NCBI GenBank assembly: GCA_943354605.1
Contig: CALRCK010000002.1
Coordinates: 71,186-135,185, forward strand
Length of the DNA: 64,000 bases
Reading direction: 5' to 3'
DNA from: Candidatus Uhrbacteria bacterium
GTDB taxonomy: Bacteria > Patescibacteriota > Patescibacteriia > UBA9934
The notes under the pieces are model-generated. The model had not been told where the DNA came from, did no database searches, and saw only the letters and a program-made list of their open reading frames with translations. Made by a program: the position numbers and the translations under genes. Positions within the stretch are counted from its first letter, which is position 1, and every line of letters begins with the position of its first letter. Shown one piece after another: positions 9,200 to 18,424 of this stretch.

Positions 9200-10429
9200 T
9201 TATCCACACCGTGAGTATATCTCCATGATTTTCGCAAGATGCTCCTGTGGATTACCAATAGCCCTCGCCCGTTCATATGCCGCATGCCCCATTATCATCG
9301 CCCGATCAGGGTCGTCGAGCACCCGCTCTATCGCTCTCGCCAAGGCTCGAGGATCACTTGGCGGCACCACAATCCCCGCATTGGATTCCCCCACAATCTC
9401 CGGCAATCCCCCGCTTTTCGCCACGATAACCGGCGTGGCCTGACACATCGCTTCGAGCGCAACAAGACCGTATGGCTCATTCCAAATGGACGGGACCACA
9501 ACAACCGCCGCCTGAGCCATCATCTTCCAGAGTTCAGCACCCGGAACAAAGCCCAAAAATTCCACCCGATGATCCTTTCCAATGATCGATTTCAGCCGTT
9601 GTTCATCCGGACCAACCCCAACAATCTTGATGCGCGTCGTCGATGGCAGATACCGCAATGCTTCAAGAAGAACGTGAACACCTTTGTACGACTCAAGTCG
9701 TCCAGCAAAAAGCACAAACGGTTCCTTTGCTTTTGCCGGAGTCGAGACGTTCGGATGCATGAGCGGCTCTGCAAACGCATGAAGAACGGAAATCTTTTTT
9801 TCATCAGTGCCCGACTGCACCATCACATCTCTCACAAAATTCGAGTACGTTGTGTAGTGCAGAATTGCAGAATCGTACCATTTCAGCGCATGATGCATTT
9901 TTAAAATGATCTCAAGCGCGAGCGTCGCAAGAAATGATCCCTTGATGAACTGTGTTCTTGCGGTTGCAAGAACACCAATATCATCCACGTCCATCGATCG
10001 CATGTTCGACTCATCCCATAGTGAATAGTTCGCACTCATCAATGCGTAGTCGTGCACCGTCATGACCACAGGAATCTTTCTGCGCTTCGCAACCGCAAGC
10101 ACCGACGGTGAAAGATGGGTATAGATGTTGTGGACGTGAATGATGTCTGGGCGAAACACCTCAAGCATGCGATCGAATTTCTTTTCCGCTTCCCTGGACC
10201 ACAATGCTCTTGCGGCTTGCCGAAATGCACTCAATCCAATCACCGCGCGCTTCGTTTCAAGATTCGAAACGAAATATTCGCTCCACGGTGTTGGTTCGTT
10301 TCTCTCGTCGTGCATCGCAAATGGCGCAACTGCATTCCCCGCCTCTTCTTGCAAACGCATCAACCCTCGCTCATACCGACTTGCACCGTCGCGAGAATGA
10401 AAATATTTATGGACATGGACGATACGCAT
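9200..10429 (-). CDS. GT4-family glycosyltransferase
   Basis: ORF runs to 10462. Likely start is M12, ATG at 10429 (MRIVHVHKYFH...). Motifs PSIWNEPYGLVALEAMCQATPVIVAKSGGLPEIV are GT4-like. Confidence 0.8.
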   Translation of the reverse strand: MRIVHVHKYFHSRDGASRYERGLMRLQEEAGNAVAPFAMHDERNEPTPWSEYFVSNLETKRAVIGLSAFRQAARALWSREAEKKFDRMLEVFRPDIIHVHNIYTHLSPSVLAVAKRRKIPVVMTVHDYALMSANYSLWDESNMRSMDVDDIGVLATARTQFIKGSFLATLALEIILKMHHALKWYDSAILHYTTYSNFVRDVMVQSGTDEKKISVLHAFAEPLMHPNVSTPAKAKEPFVLFAGRLESYKGVHVLLEALRYLPSTTRIKIVGVGPDEQRLKSIIGKDHRVEFLGFVPGAELWKMMAQAAVVVVPSIWNEPYGLVALEAMCQATPVIVAKSGGLPEIVGESNAGIVVPPSDPRALARAIERVLDDPDRAMIMGHAAYERARAIGNPQEHLAKIMEIYSRCG

Positions 10430-10462
10430 AAAATTATTCTTCACGAAGACCTCGTCCGTCAT

Positions 10463-10546
10463 TCTGAGCGAAGCGAAGAATCTCCGTCGGGATCAGATCC
10501 TGATAACCTGCGAGAGATTCTTCGCTTCGCTCAGAATGACTGATGC
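10463..10546. repeat. R2 perfect palindromic element GTCATTCTGAGCGAAGCGAAGAATCTC ... GAGAGATTCTTCGCTTCGCTCAGAATGAC
   Basis: 27-bp perfect inverted arms around a 30-bp spacer. Related copies at 22748-22835 and (degenerate) 32165-32270. Confidence 0.7.
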
Positions 10547-10555
10547 TATGTCTCA

Positions 10556-12088
10556 TCATACAATCTCCTCCTTCTTTCCGAATGCCACAACCAGGCCGCC
10601 CGTCATCCACAAATACGGTGCGAGCGTTCTTGCTTCAAGATACGTTGCAAGAAATGCATTGACCGCAACCGCGATCATGGTTCCAGCAACCCCCAAGGCC
10701 AACGCACGAACTTCTGGGTCTTTTGATTCGCGATACACGCGCAAACACACAGAAAACAAGGCAATATACATCACGAGATATGCGCCAAGCCCCAACGTCC
10801 CCAATTCGCCCCACATGCTGAACCAATTGTTGTCGATATACCCCTCGGTACCGTACACGCCAAACGGCAAACCAAGTTGATCGTACACATCGGTATTCCC
10901 CAGTGCCGCAACGGCTCCTCCGCCGTATGTTCCCGGCCCATGGCCAAACAACGGCGACGACGGCACCACGGTCCACACGGTTTGCGCCATCCAGTACACG
11001 CGACCAAGCCCGAAATATTCGCCTTGCCATCGTGTGTAAGAGAATGCCTCAAAAAATCGCTCGCTCAGTGTTTGGCTCGACGAATCGATGAGTTGATTCA
11101 CAACAAGGCCAGAGAGTGAAAGATATCCAGCAACGAGCGACGCGCCAATAAGCGTTGCAACGAAAACTCGCTTATCGCGCTTGATGACGAGTGCGATAAA
11201 GAAAAACGCGAGCGCAAAACCAAACCACGCAGAACGGGAATACGCCAATCCCACAACAGGAATGGAAAACAGGAGAATGAACCACGCTGGCGTCTCCTCG
11301 TGTTTTGCAAGAACGCGCTCATATAAAAGCGCGACAAGAAGAATCAAAAAGAACGCCATGAATGTTCCTAACTGATCGTATCGACCGAGTGTGCCAAAAA
11401 CGCGTTCACCGGGATCCCAAAATTCTGTGGTGCCGGACGTGAGCTGTAAACTCCCAAGCGTTCGTTGTGCTGAAGGAAGAAGGAAGGTATCCAAAGGTTC
11501 ACCAATAACACGCTGAGCGTACCCAAGTGCGGCCTGAATGGTAACGATAACAAACATTGCGACGAGCAATTTTCGAACAACGTTTTTTGGTGGCGCAAGG
11601 TACACGACGATGAAGAACAGCAATACGAACCGGAATATTTGTCGCAAGCCAAGAATCGCAACCCATGGAGAAAGCGTGTTGATGACAACGGAAACCAACG
11701 CAAGAAAGATCACGACGCAAAAGGCAACATCGAGCGGTGTGCGCTTAAACACGATCGAGCCCGTGATCATTCGCCACAACACCACCGCGAGGAGCAAATA
11801 GACAACGAGCTCGGAGCCGTATCGCGCAAACACATACACGTCGTCTGGAACCCACTTCAGCAAAAACGGCTCGAATGGAAGATACGTCGCAAAGGCAACA
11901 AGCGTCCATGTTGGCTTAGCGAATGTAAAGGCGATGCCGATAATGACGAGTACCGCAGCAACAACAAGTGTCGACGAAAAAAACACCGTACCAAGAAACC
12001 CCAGTGCAAGGAGCACGGTAAACCCAAAAAACGCAAGACGCGCATGCTCTTCCGACGCACGATACAACGAACGGAAATTCGGGATCAT
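10556..12088 (-). CDS. O-antigen ligase / Wzy-like polytopic membrane protein
   Basis: About 510 aa from ATG 12088 (MIPNFRSLYR...). At least 10 predicted TM helices plus a large periplasmic loop, the architecture of WaaL/Wzy-family proteins. The function is inferred from topology and the surrounding glycosyltransferase genes. Confidence 0.55.
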   Translation of the reverse strand: MIPNFRSLYRASEEHARLAFFGFTVLLALGFLGTVFFSSTLVVAAVLVIIGIAFTFAKPTWTLVAFATYLPFEPFLLKWVPDDVYVFARYGSELVVYLLLAVVLWRMITGSIVFKRTPLDVAFCVVIFLALVSVVINTLSPWVAILGLRQIFRFVLLFFIVVYLAPPKNVVRKLLVAMFVIVTIQAALGYAQRVIGEPLDTFLLPSAQRTLGSLQLTSGTTEFWDPGERVFGTLGRYDQLGTFMAFFLILLVALLYERVLAKHEETPAWFILLFSIPVVGLAYSRSAWFGFALAFFFIALVIKRDKRVFVATLIGASLVAGYLSLSGLVVNQLIDSSSQTLSERFFEAFSYTRWQGEYFGLGRVYWMAQTVWTVVPSSPLFGHGPGTYGGGAVAALGNTDVYDQLGLPFGVYGTEGYIDNNWFSMWGELGTLGLGAYLVMYIALFSVCLRVYRESKDPEVRALALGVAGTMIAVAVNAFLATYLEARTLAPYLWMTGGLVVAFGKKEEIV

Positions 12089-12241
12089 GAGATGATTATA
12101 ACAAACGTGGAGACGGCTCGCCGGGCCGTCTCGGGCCATAAACGCGAAGAGTCCCCCGATCCAGCCTTGCGGCCGAGTCGAGGGACTCCGTGTGGTCGGC
12201 GTTGCGTACGCCTACCCGTGCGAACGAACCCTCAGATCACG

Positions 12242-14275
12242 CTAGCAGCCGTGCCCCGGGTACACCGTGGCATCGCTGTCGTTGCAGTCGGCGCTGTCTT
12301 CCATGTACCCGTAGGACGTGTAAGTGGCCTTCTGCGTGCACGACAGAGGGTCGGTGCAGGCGTCGGGGTTGCCGTACCCATCGCCGTCGCCATCGGCGCA
12401 GAACAGGACGAGATCCTCGTCCACACTGCCGTCGCAGTCGTTGTCCACGCTGTCGCAGACTTCGGAGGCTCCGGGGTACACCCCATCGTCCCCGTCGTCG
12501 CAGTCGGTGGAGTCAGACACGTACCCGGCCGGAGCCGAGCACGCCGCGTCGGTCGTGGAGGAGTCGCCGTAGCTATCCCCGTCGCTGTCCGCGTAGAAGA
12601 CGCTGGTGACGCCTTCGTCCGTGCTGCCATCGCAGTCGTCGTCCGCACCGTTGCACACTTCGGGTTCGCCAGGGTTCAGGCTGGCGTCGCCGTCGTCGCA
12701 GTCGGCACACACGTCGTAGCCGTCTCCGTCGTAGTCGCCGTCGTCCGCGCTCCCCGAACAGTCGTTGTCCACCCCGTCGCACCATTCGATGTCGCCGGGG
12801 TAGGAATCGTTGTTCGTGTCGTCGCAGTCGGTGTTGTCGGCGGTGTAGCCGGAGGGCTCACTGCAGGACGTGGTGCTGATGGCCACGTTGCCGTAGCCAT
12901 CGTTATCCGCGTCCACGTACCACGTGAGGGCGTCCACAGCGCCGTCGTCCACCACGCCATCGCAGTCGTCGTCCACGCTGTTGCACGTCTCGAGTTCCCC
13001 GGGGTTGATTCCGGAGTCGGCGTCGTTGCAGTCGGTGAGGTCGAAGACGTAGCCGGAGGGCGCGGTGCCGTCGCACGTAGCGGTGGAGATGGAGGGATCG
13101 CCGAAGCTGTCGCCGTCGGCATCGGCGTAGGAACTGGTCCACGAGAGACCGTCGTCCGCGCTGCCGCTGCAGTCGTTGTCCACCCCGTCGCACGCCTCCA
13201 CTTCCGCGGGGTTGATTCCCGCATCGGTGTCGTCGCAGTCTGAGACGTTCGTGCTGTAGCCGGCGCCCGGATCCGCGCACTCGGAGGTTCCTACACCCGC
13301 ACCGTACCCGTCGCCATCGGCATCGGGGTAGTAGATGATGGTGGCGAAATCCTCGTCCGTGGAGCCGTCACAGTCGTCGTCCGCACCGTTGCAGACTTCG
13401 GCCGCACCCGGGTTGATGCCCAAGTCGCCGTCGTCGCAGTCGGTGGAGTCGGCGACGTAGTCCGAAGGCTCGTCGCACGCGGAGGTGGAGATGGAGGGAT
13501 CGCCGTACCCGTCGCCGTCGCTGTCCGCGTACCAGGTGAGGGCGTCGGTCGCGCCTTCATCGACGGTGCCTTCGCAATCGTTGTCCACCCCGTCGCACAC
13601 TTCCGTGTTGCCGGGGTAGGCGGTCGCGTCGGTGTCGTCGCAGTCCTCGCACGCGATGGTTCCGTCGCCGTCCAGGTCGGACGTACCGGCGGATCCGTCG
13701 CAGTTGAGGTCGATGGTGTCCGTGCAGCTCTCCACGGCGTACGGGTGAACGGTGGCGTCGGTGTCGTCGCAGTCGGTGTCGTTCTCGACGTACCCGACCG
13801 GAGCCGAGCAGCCGTCGATCGTCGCCGAGGCGTCGCCGTACCCGTCGCCGTCCGCGTCCGCGTAGAACGTCTTCTGGTCGGCGGCATCGCTGTCGATGTT
13901 GCCGTCGCAGTCGTCGTCTACGCCGTTGCAGACCTCCACCGAACCCGGGTTGATCGCCGGGTCGGCGTCGTCGCAGTCGTCGTCGGCCGTGAAGCCGTCG
14001 CCGTCCGCGTCGATGGGCTTGGCGGTGTCGCCGGTCTCACCGGTCTCGACCGAGTCCGAATCGCCGGTTTCCGAGTTGGTGTCCGGGACGGAGTCGGAAT
14101 CGGTCACGGTGCTGTCGCCGGTGCCGGTGTCGGAATCGCCGCAGTTGAGGTCAATGGTGACGGTGCCACCAAAGAGACCACCGGACGACTTCGTGCAATC
14201 GCCGGACGGCACCGCACAGGCATTGAGGACGAGGGTGACGAGAAAGGAGGGAACGAGAACGAGGGAACGGGTCAT
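12242..14275 (-). CDS. High-GC secreted/lipoprotein with ~11 tandem cysteine-rich repeats (DCDDxDxxxxPGAxExCNGxDDDCDGxxDE; MXAN 'putative metal-binding motif'-like)
   Basis: ATG at 14275 preceded by GGAGATTATC. N-term MTRSLVLVPSFLVTLVLNAC. GC ~68% with G/C-rich third codon positions; the repeats are visible directly in the translation. Confidence 0.75.
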   Translation of the reverse strand: MTRSLVLVPSFLVTLVLNACAVPSGDCTKSSGGLFGGTVTIDLNCGDSDTGTGDSTVTDSDSVPDTNSETGDSDSVETGETGDTAKPIDADGDGFTADDDCDDADPAINPGSVEVCNGVDDDCDGNIDSDAADQKTFYADADGDGYGDASATIDGCSAPVGYVENDTDCDDTDATVHPYAVESCTDTIDLNCDGSAGTSDLDGDGTIACEDCDDTDATAYPGNTEVCDGVDNDCEGTVDEGATDALTWYADSDGDGYGDPSISTSACDEPSDYVADSTDCDDGDLGINPGAAEVCNGADDDCDGSTDEDFATIIYYPDADGDGYGAGVGTSECADPGAGYSTNVSDCDDTDAGINPAEVEACDGVDNDCSGSADDGLSWTSSYADADGDSFGDPSISTATCDGTAPSGYVFDLTDCNDADSGINPGELETCNSVDDDCDGVVDDGAVDALTWYVDADNDGYGNVAISTTSCSEPSGYTADNTDCDDTNNDSYPGDIEWCDGVDNDCSGSADDGDYDGDGYDVCADCDDGDASLNPGEPEVCNGADDDCDGSTDEGVTSVFYADSDGDSYGDSSTTDAACSAPAGYVSDSTDCDDGDDGVYPGASEVCDSVDNDCDGSVDEDLVLFCADGDGDGYGNPDACTDPLSCTQKATYTSYGYMEDSADCNDSDATVYPGHGC

Positions 14276-14554
14276 GATAATCTCCAGGATCAGTGAGGGA
14301 AAGTGTCGTATCTGAGGGTTCTGTTTTGAAAGATTCGTGCCCGAATGAGGGCGTCGTGACATCGTGTCACTCCCCCATGCGAGGGACAAGGAAGAATAGT
14401 CTAAAAGTGTCGAAAAGTAAAGCAAAAAAGTGGAGAAAATTCAAACGACCTCGGACACTCGACCAACCCGCGTGGGGAAGGAAGAGGCCGAGGCCGTTCG
14501 TTGCGTGAGTCACCGAACCGTCACGCGGCGGGGTTGCTGCCGACTTCCGCACGC

Positions 14555-15301
14555 CTAGGGCGTGTACAGGTACTCGTAGCTGCCGTACGTGGCGTACGCC
14601 GTGGCGCTGAGGTCGTACCCGTTGACCGAGTACTGGACCACCGCGCAGGTGACGTTGCCGTCGTAGAACACCGCGTTGCCGGTGAGGCCGCCGCAGGCGT
14701 ACACGGAGAAGTCGCCGTAGCCGTCGGTCGTGGTGCTGAGGCCCGAGAGCTTCAGCACGTGACCGGTGGAGCCGGGGTACTCCGCGCACTCGCCCACGAG
14801 GTCGCTGGTGTAGAGCGGGGTCGGGACGGTGCCGTCGGACGCGAACCAGTAGGTGCTGTCCCCGCTGGTCATGTCGAGCACGGCCACGGAGTAGGCGGCG
14901 GCGGAGGTGACCGTACAGATCCGGGTGACGTCGTGGACGTCGTTGTCCGAGTCGTTGAGGTCGCCGCCGATCGCCACGTAGCCGGAGGGCTGGGTGCAGG
15001 ACCACGTCGAGCTGGCGGTGAGGCCGAACCCGTCGTTGTCCGCGTCCAGGTACCACACGATCTCCGTGCACGCGCTGGTGTCCTCCGCCGTGTCGGCGGA
15101 GTCCGCGGTGTCGTCGGCACCCGAATCCGCGGTGTCCGTGGAGTCCGTGTCCGTGTCGGTCGAACCGGTGGAGCCGGAGCTGCCGATGCCGCCGAAGCTG
15201 TAGCCGCCGGAGGCGGGGGCCTCGGAGCCGGTGTCGGGCGCCGGGCTGGACACGCCGCAGGCGGCGAGGGTGAAGAGGAACGGAACGAGGGTGGAACGCA
15301 T
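14555..15301 (-). CDS. High-GC lipoprotein, hypothetical (one WYxDADxDGFG...C..PSGYV repeat related to the 12242-14275 gene)
   Basis: ATG 15301 preceded by GGAGAGACTCTC. Lipobox FTLAAC. GC ~68%. Confidence 0.7.
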   Translation of the reverse strand: MRSTLVPFLFTLAACGVSSPAPDTGSEAPASGGYSFGGIGSSGSTGSTDTDTDSTDTADSGADDTADSADTAEDTSACTEIVWYLDADNDGFGLTASSTWSCTQPSGYVAIGGDLNDSDNDVHDVTRICTVTSAAAYSVAVLDMTSGDSTYWFASDGTVPTPLYTSDLVGECAEYPGSTGHVLKLSGLSTTTDGYGDFSVYACGGLTGNAVFYDGNVTCAVVQYSVNGYDLSATAYATYGSYEYLYTP

Positions 15302-15482
15302 GAGAGTCTCTCCGAGGGTGACACGGCCCGTGCTTTTGCTAAGCGCGGGTTGTGGCAGAAGTGAAACTTTCGCTTCACTGCTCGCACAATTCTGTGTCCA
15401 TTCCTATAAAATCTTGACCGAGTATTGTAGCAAAAATTTGGAACTTTGTCAATGATCAAAGCTCGGTTCGAGCCGACGAGAA

Positions 15483-15598
15483 CGGTTTTATTTGCGACGA
15501 GTTTGGACGCGCTTCGAGCAAAGTTCGCGAGGCGTACTTCTCGGTACGTTGAGCGAATTTGCGAAGAAGCAAGTTCAAAATCGGCCAAATAAAACTGT
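15483..15598 (+). repeat. R1 palindromic element, copy b
   Basis: ...GAGTTTGGACGCGCTTCGAGCAAAGTTCGCGAGGCGTACTTCTCGGTACGTTGAGCGAATTTGCGAAGAAGCAAGTTCAAAATCGGCCAAAT... Confidence 0.7.
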
Positions 15599-15719
15599 TC
15601 TCAAAAGCGAACACCCCGGGCGACCGCTTCACTCCCCCGTAGTTGGGAAGGAAGGGTCGCACCGGGGTGCGCGTGGTTGCCGCGTTCACCCACACGGCAG
15701 GTCGGGCTGGGGAGCCCTA

Positions 15720-16352
15720 CTAGTACGTGTGGCAAGCCGTGTCGGGCGGGGCGAAGCTTCCGCCGAGCGGGCTCACCACACCGTTCTCGACCATGAACGA
15801 CCAGTTGACGTCCGTGCGGTAGCCGCTCGAGTCGTAGCCGGTCATGCCCGCGCAATCGGGGCTGCCGTTCACGATCGTGGCGAGGTAGCGCGAGTCGTCG
15901 TTGGTCGTGAGGCCCTCGAGCGCCTGGCAGAAGCCGTTCTGCGTGTACGGAGTCGCGGACGTGAGCCCGCAGGTGATCTCGTACATGCCGTCGCGGATGC
16001 CGGTGGCGCCGTAGCCGACGACCTCGCCCGTCGAGTTGGTCAGCTCGGGGAGCGGGAGGAAGGCGGTCTCCCAGCCGAACTCCGCGTCGTTGTACTCCTC
16101 CGAGCCGAAGCCGAAGGTGGAGTAGCTCTGGCCCGAGGCGTTCACCGGCATGGTGGCGCTGAAGAACCAGGCGACGCTGGCGCCCACGTCCGTCTGCCCG
16201 AAGGCGTAGGACTGGTTGCCGTAGTCCGAGATGCCGTTGCCGTCGAGGTCGTCGATGGCCACGATCTCCTGGACTTCGCCGCCCGAGACGTCGGGGCCGG
16301 AGGAGTAGGTGGAGCAGGCGGGGAGGATGGTGAAGAGCGCGATGAGGATCAT
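15720..16352 (-). CDS. High-GC lipoprotein, hypothetical
   Basis: ORF runs to 16466. Probable start is ATG 16352 (MILIALFTILPACSTYSSG), preceded by GGAGACACAGTC. Lipobox LPAC. Confidence 0.65.
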   Translation of the reverse strand: MILIALFTILPACSTYSSGPDVSGGEVQEIVAIDDLDGNGISDYGNQSYAFGQTDVGASVAWFFSATMPVNASGQSYSTFGFGSEEYNDAEFGWETAFLPLPELTNSTGEVVGYGATGIRDGMYEITCGLTSATPYTQNGFCQALEGLTTNDDSRYLATIVNGSPDCAGMTGYDSSGYRTDVNWSFMVENGVVSPLGGSFAPPDTACHTY

Positions 16353-16502
16353 GACTGTGTCTCCGAACGGGTGGAAGAAGGCCGGGGGTTCCCGGCGACT
16401 CGGGTTGCGAGCCACCTGGATGTCCAGGCCTTGGCAGAAGTGAAGGATTTCCTTCACTGCTTGCAAGGACTGGCTTACAGGACTTCCTCATTTTGACTAT
16501 TT

Positions 16503-16612
16503 TCGGCTTGCTCGTCGCACATTCGCTCAACGTACCGAGAAGTACGCCTCGCGAACTGTGATCCTCGCGCACCGAAACTAGCCTAAAATGAGAAAGTTCT
16601 GTGTAAAACTCA
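16503..16612 (-). repeat. R1 palindromic element, copy c (inverse orientation)
   Basis: TATTTTCGGCTTGCTCGTCGCACATTCGCTCAACGTACCGAGAAGTACGCCTCGCGAACTGTG...CGAAACTAGCC. Confidence 0.7.
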
Positions 16613-16837
16613 TGTTCAATTGTGAACCAAGTACTATAGCAAGAATTTGAAGTTTTGTCAATGATTGAGGTTCATCAATCATTCATTTTGCTGCAAATGC
16701 TCTTGTATTGAGAAGCGTCGCGAACGGCCGGGGGAATCGAGGCTTGTGGCCCCTATCCCCCAGCCGAACCGTTGCGTGGTCACCGTGTCCTTGCCCGTCA
16801 GCCCCACTTCGACATGGGGCCTACTAGGGCGAAGGAA

Positions 16838-17818
16838 TCAGCGCACCGTCACCGAGCTGCCGCTGCCGACCGGACCGGCGAAGAAGCGGATGCCGCCGTG
16901 GCCGTAGCCCACCCCGCCGATGCCGGCGGTCGAGCTGTCGACCATGTCGTACCCGCCGCCCACGAAGAGCTCGATGTTCACCGGCCCGAAGGCCTGGAAA
17001 TCGATCCCCACCTGCGCCTGCCCGCCCGTACGGGTGGCGGAGCACAGGGGGTCGCCCGTAAAGGCGCCCTCGCAAACGAACGACGGACCGATGCCGACGA
17101 CGAGGTCCGCCCCCTCACCGAGGTTCTGCACCAGCTCCGGGAGGGCCCGGATCGAGGTGGCATCGGCGCTGAAGCCGTACCCACCGTCGATCTCGAGGGC
17201 CACCCACGTGTTCGCGTGGACGTCCCAGGAGAAGCGGCCGAAGAGCTCGGTGCGGTCCGACACCCAGGCATCGCTGCCCGGGAGCGGCGGGGCCACCGTC
17301 CCCATCTCGGACAAGCCGATCTGGAAGCGGGTGCCCGACACGCGGACCGTCTCGGTGTGCTCGGTGTGCTCGACGACCGTCGGGTTGACCGTCACGTCCG
17401 ACGCCGCCACGTTCACGACCGGGGCCGGGACGTTGACGACGATCGGCCGGGTCTGCTCCGCACGCAGCGCCTCGGTCAGCTCCGTGATCTCCGCCTTGAG
17501 CGACTCGATCTCCGCGGTGTGCGGGTCGGGCTGCGGGGCGGAGGCGGCGGGGGCCGGGGCGGCGGGCGGGGCGGCGGGGGCCTTGGGCGCGGCGGGCTTC
17601 GGGGTGCTGGGCTTCGCGGTCGCCTTCGGCTTGGCCGGGGCCGCGGGCTTGCACGACGACTTCGCGGCGCACTTGGCGCGCAGCTCGGCGAGCTGGGCCT
17701 CGAGGGCCTGGCGCTCGATGGCGTCGCGCACGACCTCGGTCTCGAGAAGCGAGGGGTCGAGGGTGGCGCCGTCGTCGGCGTAGGCGGAGAGGGTGAAGGA
17801 CAGGAGCAGGGTGAGCAT
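16838..17818 (-). CDS. High-GC secreted protein, hypothetical (signal peptide, coiled-coil, Pro/Ala/Lys-rich linker, Gly-rich C-terminal domain)
   Basis: 326 aa. N-term MLTLLLSFTLSAYA. GC ~70%. Confidence 0.65.
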   Translation of the reverse strand: MLTLLLSFTLSAYADDGATLDPSLLETEVVRDAIERQALEAQLAELRAKCAAKSSCKPAAPAKPKATAKPSTPKPAAPKAPAAPPAAPAPAASAPQPDPHTAEIESLKAEITELTEALRAEQTRPIVVNVPAPVVNVAASDVTVNPTVVEHTEHTETVRVSGTRFQIGLSEMGTVAPPLPGSDAWVSDRTELFGRFSWDVHANTWVALEIDGGYGFSADATSIRALPELVQNLGEGADLVVGIGPSFVCEGAFTGDPLCSATRTGGQAQVGIDFQAFGPVNIELFVGGGYDMVDSSTAGIGGVGYGHGGIRFFAGPVGSGSSVTVR

Positions 17819-18424
17819 CGGATTGATTCTCCTCGGCCGGATGGCCGATGGTTCGGGTCAAGAATTGCGCGGGCCGGATGGCCTACTTGAGCATTTCGCG
17901 CTCCAGAAGTTCGGCGTCGACCGGGTGTTGGAGGGAACACCCAGAACACCAAACTCCTGGAGAACGAAATGCCCTGTTTTCTTTGACCTTTCTCCGATGG
18001 AATCCTTTATTCAAGGACAGACCATCATACCAAGAAACGCCCAAAAAGTCAAATATTGGCGAATGTTAGAGAAGAAAATTGACCAAAATAAAAACCCTTT
18101 CCGGAGACCCTATGATCACAGATTGCAACGAGGAGGAGGCGTCACAAACGTTTCGTAGGGTCCCCGCAAAAGGCTTTCGTGAGCAAAGGGAACCAAAAGC
18201 AGGCGCAAGCGTCAAGAATCTATCAACAATGAACCGGGATAAGTGAACCTGGCCTGAAGTGACCTTAGATGGCATTGAGGGGGCGGGTCTGAATCCTTGA
18301 AAAGAGAATGGACGGGACGAGGCTGGGAGTACGAGGTACTGCGACAAGAAATGACACCCTTGAATTTTGGGGTTTTAAAACTGGGTCACAAAATGTGATC
18401 TGAATCGAAAGTCGATGAAAAGTG

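Noticed and set aside
9239-9904. Plus-strand ORFs antisense to the GT4 genes (7769-9163, 9239-9904) and to the Wzy-like gene (10877-11119 etc.)
   Set aside because: Antisense to well-supported glycosyltransferase and membrane-protein ORFs. No independent support.
12150-12245. Integron attC interpretation of the shared 3' cassette element
   Set aside because: No intI-like integrase and no attI/Pc. Cassettes are scattered rather than in one co-oriented array. The GTTRRRY core is present in only some copies. Kept as a generic candidate recombination or terminator element instead.
11639-13243. Long plus-strand ORFs in high-GC stretches: 11639-13243 (534 aa), 14501-15364, 15492-16496, 16772-17890, 53856-55715 (619 aa). 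Minus-strand ORFs 14367-15071, 15601-16572 and 17115-17861 rich in Arg/Pro/Gly.
   Set aside because: These are antisense or out-of-frame to GC3-rich genes. Their translations are low-complexity Arg/Pro/Gly/Ala strings without start context. The sense-strand genes have signal peptides, SD-ATG starts and repeat structure. High GC suppresses stop codons in all frames.
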